Assembly (NCBI GenBank): GCA_031364845.1
Contig: JANLWX010000134.1
Location: 1-28,065, forward strand
Direction of reading: 5' to 3'
Source of the DNA: Candidatus Eiseniibacteriota bacterium
GTDB lineage: Bacteria; Eisenbacteria; RBG-16-71-46
Length of the DNA: 28,065 nucleotides
This document shows positions 25,048 to 28,065 of this stretch, piece by piece (positions within the stretch are counted from its first letter, which is position 1; every line of letters starts with the position of its first letter). The translations under genes were made by a program, and so were the position numbers. The notes below the pieces were generated by a model, which made no database searches, had not been told where the DNA came from, and saw only the letters and a list, made by a program, of their open reading frames with translations.

Positions 25048-27861
25048 ATGTGCCGTCGTCATCTTCCGGTCCTGTTCGCGGCCGTGATCACCTTCGCGTG
25101 CCTCTCGAACGCCAGCGGTGCCATGGCCCAGCCGCTGGTGTCGATCTCGAACGCGCGCGTCCTGGAAGGCGACCATGCGACGTCACACGCGCGCTTCACG
25201 GTCACCGCCACCGGCCCGGTGTGCGCACCGATGTCGGTCGACTACACGACGGTCGATGGTTCGGCGATTGCGCTCGAGGGCGACTATGTCACGACATCGG
25301 GAACGGCCACGCTGTGGCCCGGCAATCCGCTTTACGCTTCGTCGTGGACGGCGGGCGGGGCGGGTTATCTCAATCGCATCATCGCGGGTCGCAACGACGA
25401 TCTGTTCGCGGTCGACGTGGAGTCGGATCGGGTGCTGCAGTTCGACCGCAACCTCAATTTGATTCGCACGTGGGGCAGCTCGGGCAGCGGGCAGGGCCAG
25501 TTCTCGGAGCCGCGCTCGATCGCGCAGGCGTATGACGGCAGCGTGTTCGTCGCCGACAACGGCAACCACCGCCTCCAGAAGTTCGACGCGACCGGAAACT
25601 TCATCGAGGAGTGGGGCACCGCGGGCAATGGTCCCGGCCAGTTCGACTACTTCCTGCTGTCGGTCGCGATCGATCCGGCGAACAACGTGTATGTCTCGGA
25701 TCGCGCGCTCGACGGCGTGACGGGACGCATTCAGAAGTTCGACGCGCTCGGCAACTTCGTCACGCAGTGGAGCACTGCCGGCGCGCGTCCGGTCGGCCTC
25801 GCGGTCGGCGCCAACGGCAACGTGTACGCGAACGTGTGGGACGCGAACGGCAACGTCGCGAACATCGAAGTGTTCTCAGCCGACGGTACGCCGGTGACGG
25901 TGTGGTCCAGCAGTTCGACCGCGGGCAGGCTGCGCGGCGGCGCACGCTTCGCATTCGATGGATGCGGGCGTGTCTATATCTCGGACATCGATCGCATCGT
26001 GGTCGTGCACGAAGGCGGCACGTTCATCTCCGAGTGGCCGGCGCTCTCGGCTCCCGCGGGCCATCTGCGATTCCTCTCGGCGCTGTGCGTCGACGAAACC
26101 GGGCGGCTGTTCGTGGCGCGCGACGGCCTGCCCGACGTGTTCGCGTTCACGATCACGCACTCCGCGGTGATCGACGTTCCCGTAACGGGCGACATGAAGT
26201 TCGAAACCGACGAGACGTTCTCGGTTCAGCTCTCGAATGCGCAGAACGCGGCACTCGGGGCGGACGTGGGTGTGGCGGACGTCGTGAACGACGATTCTGA
26301 AGTCGGTGCCAATCTCATTCCGAATCCGTCGTTCGACACGACGCTGCTCGGCTGGAGCTCGGCGTCCGACGCCACGCTGAGCTTTTCCTCCGAGGGCCAC
26401 GACGCTCCGGGCGCCGTACTGGTCACCGCGGCGAACGACTCGGTGAAGACTTTCGGAATCACCGACAGCCCGGACGGACTCGATTCGGCCGAGGCCGACT
26501 GGGTGCGGTATCGGTTCAGCGCGTGGGTGAAGCTCGCGACCGGCGCCGGCACCGCGCGGCTCAAGGTGCGCGAGTACTTCGGCGCCGAGCTGCAGAACTC
26601 TCGCATCTCGACATCGGTGACGCTCGACACGACGTGGAAGCAGATCACGCTCTCGATGCTCACCGTGTTCCAGGGTTCGCACTTCGACATCCAGGTTGCG
26701 ATGGACCCGGATGGATCCGGCGGCGCGTTCCTGGTCGATGACGTCGCAGCTGAACGACTGTTCGGCGACGCTGCGCCGATCCTCTCGCTCGAGCCGGTGG
26801 TTGCGCGCAGTTGGGCCAAGTCGATGTCGCTGCCGGTCGAAGCGCGCGATCCCGATGGTGATGCGATCCGCTCGCTGACGGCCGATCTGTCGGGCCTGCC
26901 TGGTGGCAACGACGCGCGCTTTCCCAACCTGTTCGATCACAGCTCGGCCAGCTTGAAGTGGGAGCCGGGCTCGATGGCGGTGCGCGACGAGCCATACCCG
27001 GTCGTGATCCGCGCGGAAAACGGTCTCGAAGCGGTCGACACGATTCAGATTCGCATCGTCGACAACGTGGTCGACGATCCCTCGTTTGAGGACGGCATCG
27101 GCGGCTGGAATGGCAATCAGGGCGCCCAGCTCGAGCGGATTACTCCGGGTCGCACCGACGGCTATGCGCTGCGCGCCACGAACGCGCTCGGGTTCTCGAA
27201 TTTCGGCATCACCGACAGCCCGAACTGGGCGTTCTCGCCCGCCGCGGGGACGACGGTCGAAGCATCGGTGTGGGTGCGCTCGCCGAACGGCAGCGGTCCG
27301 GTATGGCTGTGGTTCCGCGAATATCAGAACGGCATGCTCGTGAACAGCGAGACCAGTGAGCGCGTGCCGGTCACCGACGAATGGATCCAGCTCCGCTGGC
27401 CGTACCACTCGCTGCGCGAGAGTGGCAATACGAACTCGACGATCGACTTCCTGGTGATGATGGCTTCGAATCAGCTTGGTACGAATGCCGGCTTCAATGC
27501 GGGCGGCGATCAATTGGAGATCGACGACGTCTCGATCGTCTATCAGAGCATTCCGACGCTGGACGCTCCGGAGCCCGTCGCATCGCGTCGCCTGCAGCTC
27601 GTGTCGCCGAACCCGATGCGCGGTGCCGCGACGCTGCGCTTTTCGACCACGCGCCGCGGACCGTTGCTCGCCCAGATCCTCGATTTGAGCGGCCGTGTGG
27701 TACGTACGCTGGCCGACGAGGTCGATGCTGCGCCCGGCGTGCGGTCGTTCGCGCTGCGCTCGCGCGGCGATGGAGGCCGCGAGCTGCCGTCGGGCATGTA
27801 CTTCTATCGGGTCGCGAGTTCGGACGGGGTGCAGCGGGGGAGGTTCGTGGTTCTGAATTGA
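25048..27861 (+). CDS. Exported protein: Calx-beta domain interrupted by NHL beta-propeller, CBM-Ig-CBM, FlgD-Ig/T9SS-like C-terminal domain
   Basis: SD AAGGAGG precedes a signal peptide. Calx-beta motifs VDYTTVDGSA..GDY...SGT and ETDETFSVQLSN...NDD are present. NHL motifs include WGSSGSGQGQFSEPRSIA and VADNGNHRLQKFD. The tail is homologous to those of the 1899 and 5965 genes. Confidence 0.88.
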   Translation: MCRRHLPVLFAAVITFACLSNASGAMAQPLVSISNARVLEGDHATSHARFTVTATGPVCAPMSVDYTTVDGSAIALEGDYVTTSGTATLWPGNPLYASSWTAGGAGYLNRIIAGRNDDLFAVDVESDRVLQFDRNLNLIRTWGSSGSGQGQFSEPRSIAQAYDGSVFVADNGNHRLQKFDATGNFIEEWGTAGNGPGQFDYFLLSVAIDPANNVYVSDRALDGVTGRIQKFDALGNFVTQWSTAGARPVGLAVGANGNVYANVWDANGNVANIEVFSADGTPVTVWSSSSTAGRLRGGARFAFDGCGRVYISDIDRIVVVHEGGTFISEWPALSAPAGHLRFLSALCVDETGRLFVARDGLPDVFAFTITHSAVIDVPVTGDMKFETDETFSVQLSNAQNAALGADVGVADVVNDDSEVGANLIPNPSFDTTLLGWSSASDATLSFSSEGHDAPGAVLVTAANDSVKTFGITDSPDGLDSAEADWVRYRFSAWVKLATGAGTARLKVREYFGAELQNSRISTSVTLDTTWKQITLSMLTVFQGSHFDIQVAMDPDGSGGAFLVDDVAAERLFGDAAPILSLEPVVARSWAKSMSLPVEARDPDGDAIRSLTADLSGLPGGNDARFPNLFDHSSASLKWEPGSMAVRDEPYPVVIRAENGLEAVDTIQIRIVDNVVDDPSFEDGIGGWNGNQGAQLERITPGRTDGYALRATNALGFSNFGITDSPNWAFSPAAGTTVEASVWVRSPNGSGPVWLWFREYQNGMLVNSETSERVPVTDEWIQLRWPYHSLRESGNTNSTIDFLVMMASNQLGTNAGFNAGGDQLEIDDVSIVYQSIPTLDAPEPVASRRLQLVSPNPMRGAATLRFSTTRRGPLLAQILDLSGRVVRTLADEVDAAPGVRSFALRSRGDGGRELPSGMYFYRVASSDGVQRGRFVVLN

Positions 27862-27934
27862 ACACCACGAAGTAACCGCAACTGGCCCCGGGGCCACCTG
27901 GCGCGGGATCGTCGCAACTGTCTTCGAAGACAGT

Positions 27935-28065
27935 GTGCGACCAAGCCAGCTTGGACAGAAGGGAGGGACGCGAAGCGGTAGCGACCTGAAATTCTGTGAG
28001 GCGTCCAGCGGGTGCGAAACCGACCGGCCAAAGCTGAACCCGGCGGGCCGGAAGCGAGCCTTGCG
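27935..28065 (+). mobile_element. Probable 5' end (domain I) of a group II intron, running off the window
   Basis: It starts GTGCG, followed by hairpin CCAAGC/GCTTGG, stem GGACGC...GCGTCC, AGC-GGGT-GCGA (epsilon'/theta-like) and CCGGAAGCGAGCCTTGCG. These resemble domain I motifs as I recall them. Domain V and the RT ORF are not visible. Confidence 0.55.

Noticed and set aside
25876..27897. 673-aa minus-strand ORF and the many other long overlapping ORFs (e.g. 656..1861, 684..1736, 9433..10515, 10983..11948, 11962..12840)
   Set aside because: These are antisense or frame-shifted shadows of well-supported genes. They are Arg/Ala/Pro-rich with no motifs, as expected in high-GC DNA.

Overview
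High-GC bacterial genomic window. The protein repertoire resembles what I recall from Candidatus Eisenbacteria/FCB-group genomes (inference only). It contains the 3' part of a sodium:solute symporter, two tandem giant secreted paralogues built from an unnamed 6-Cys domain, IPT/TIG repeats and a shared CBM-Ig-CBM-sorting tail, and two DUF2911 exported proteins. Next come a nucleotidyltransferase plus small-protein couple (TA-like) and a purine/allantoin catabolism cluster (allB, alc, uraD, uraH and a CitE-like DUF6986 enzyme). That cluster is split by a lower-GC ~5 kb insert encoding a Vps62-like/FN3/cohesin exported protein and a lipoprotein. A further exported protein has an NHL propeller inserted inside a Calx-beta domain, and the window ends in what looks like the 5' end of a group II intron. 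Highlights: a mix-and-match exported protein family with a constant ~516-aa tail, a C9 tract in a -35/-10 spacer (candidate phase-variable promoter), apparently leaderless purine genes with back-to-back promoters, and the intron-like RNA placed directly after a palindrome.
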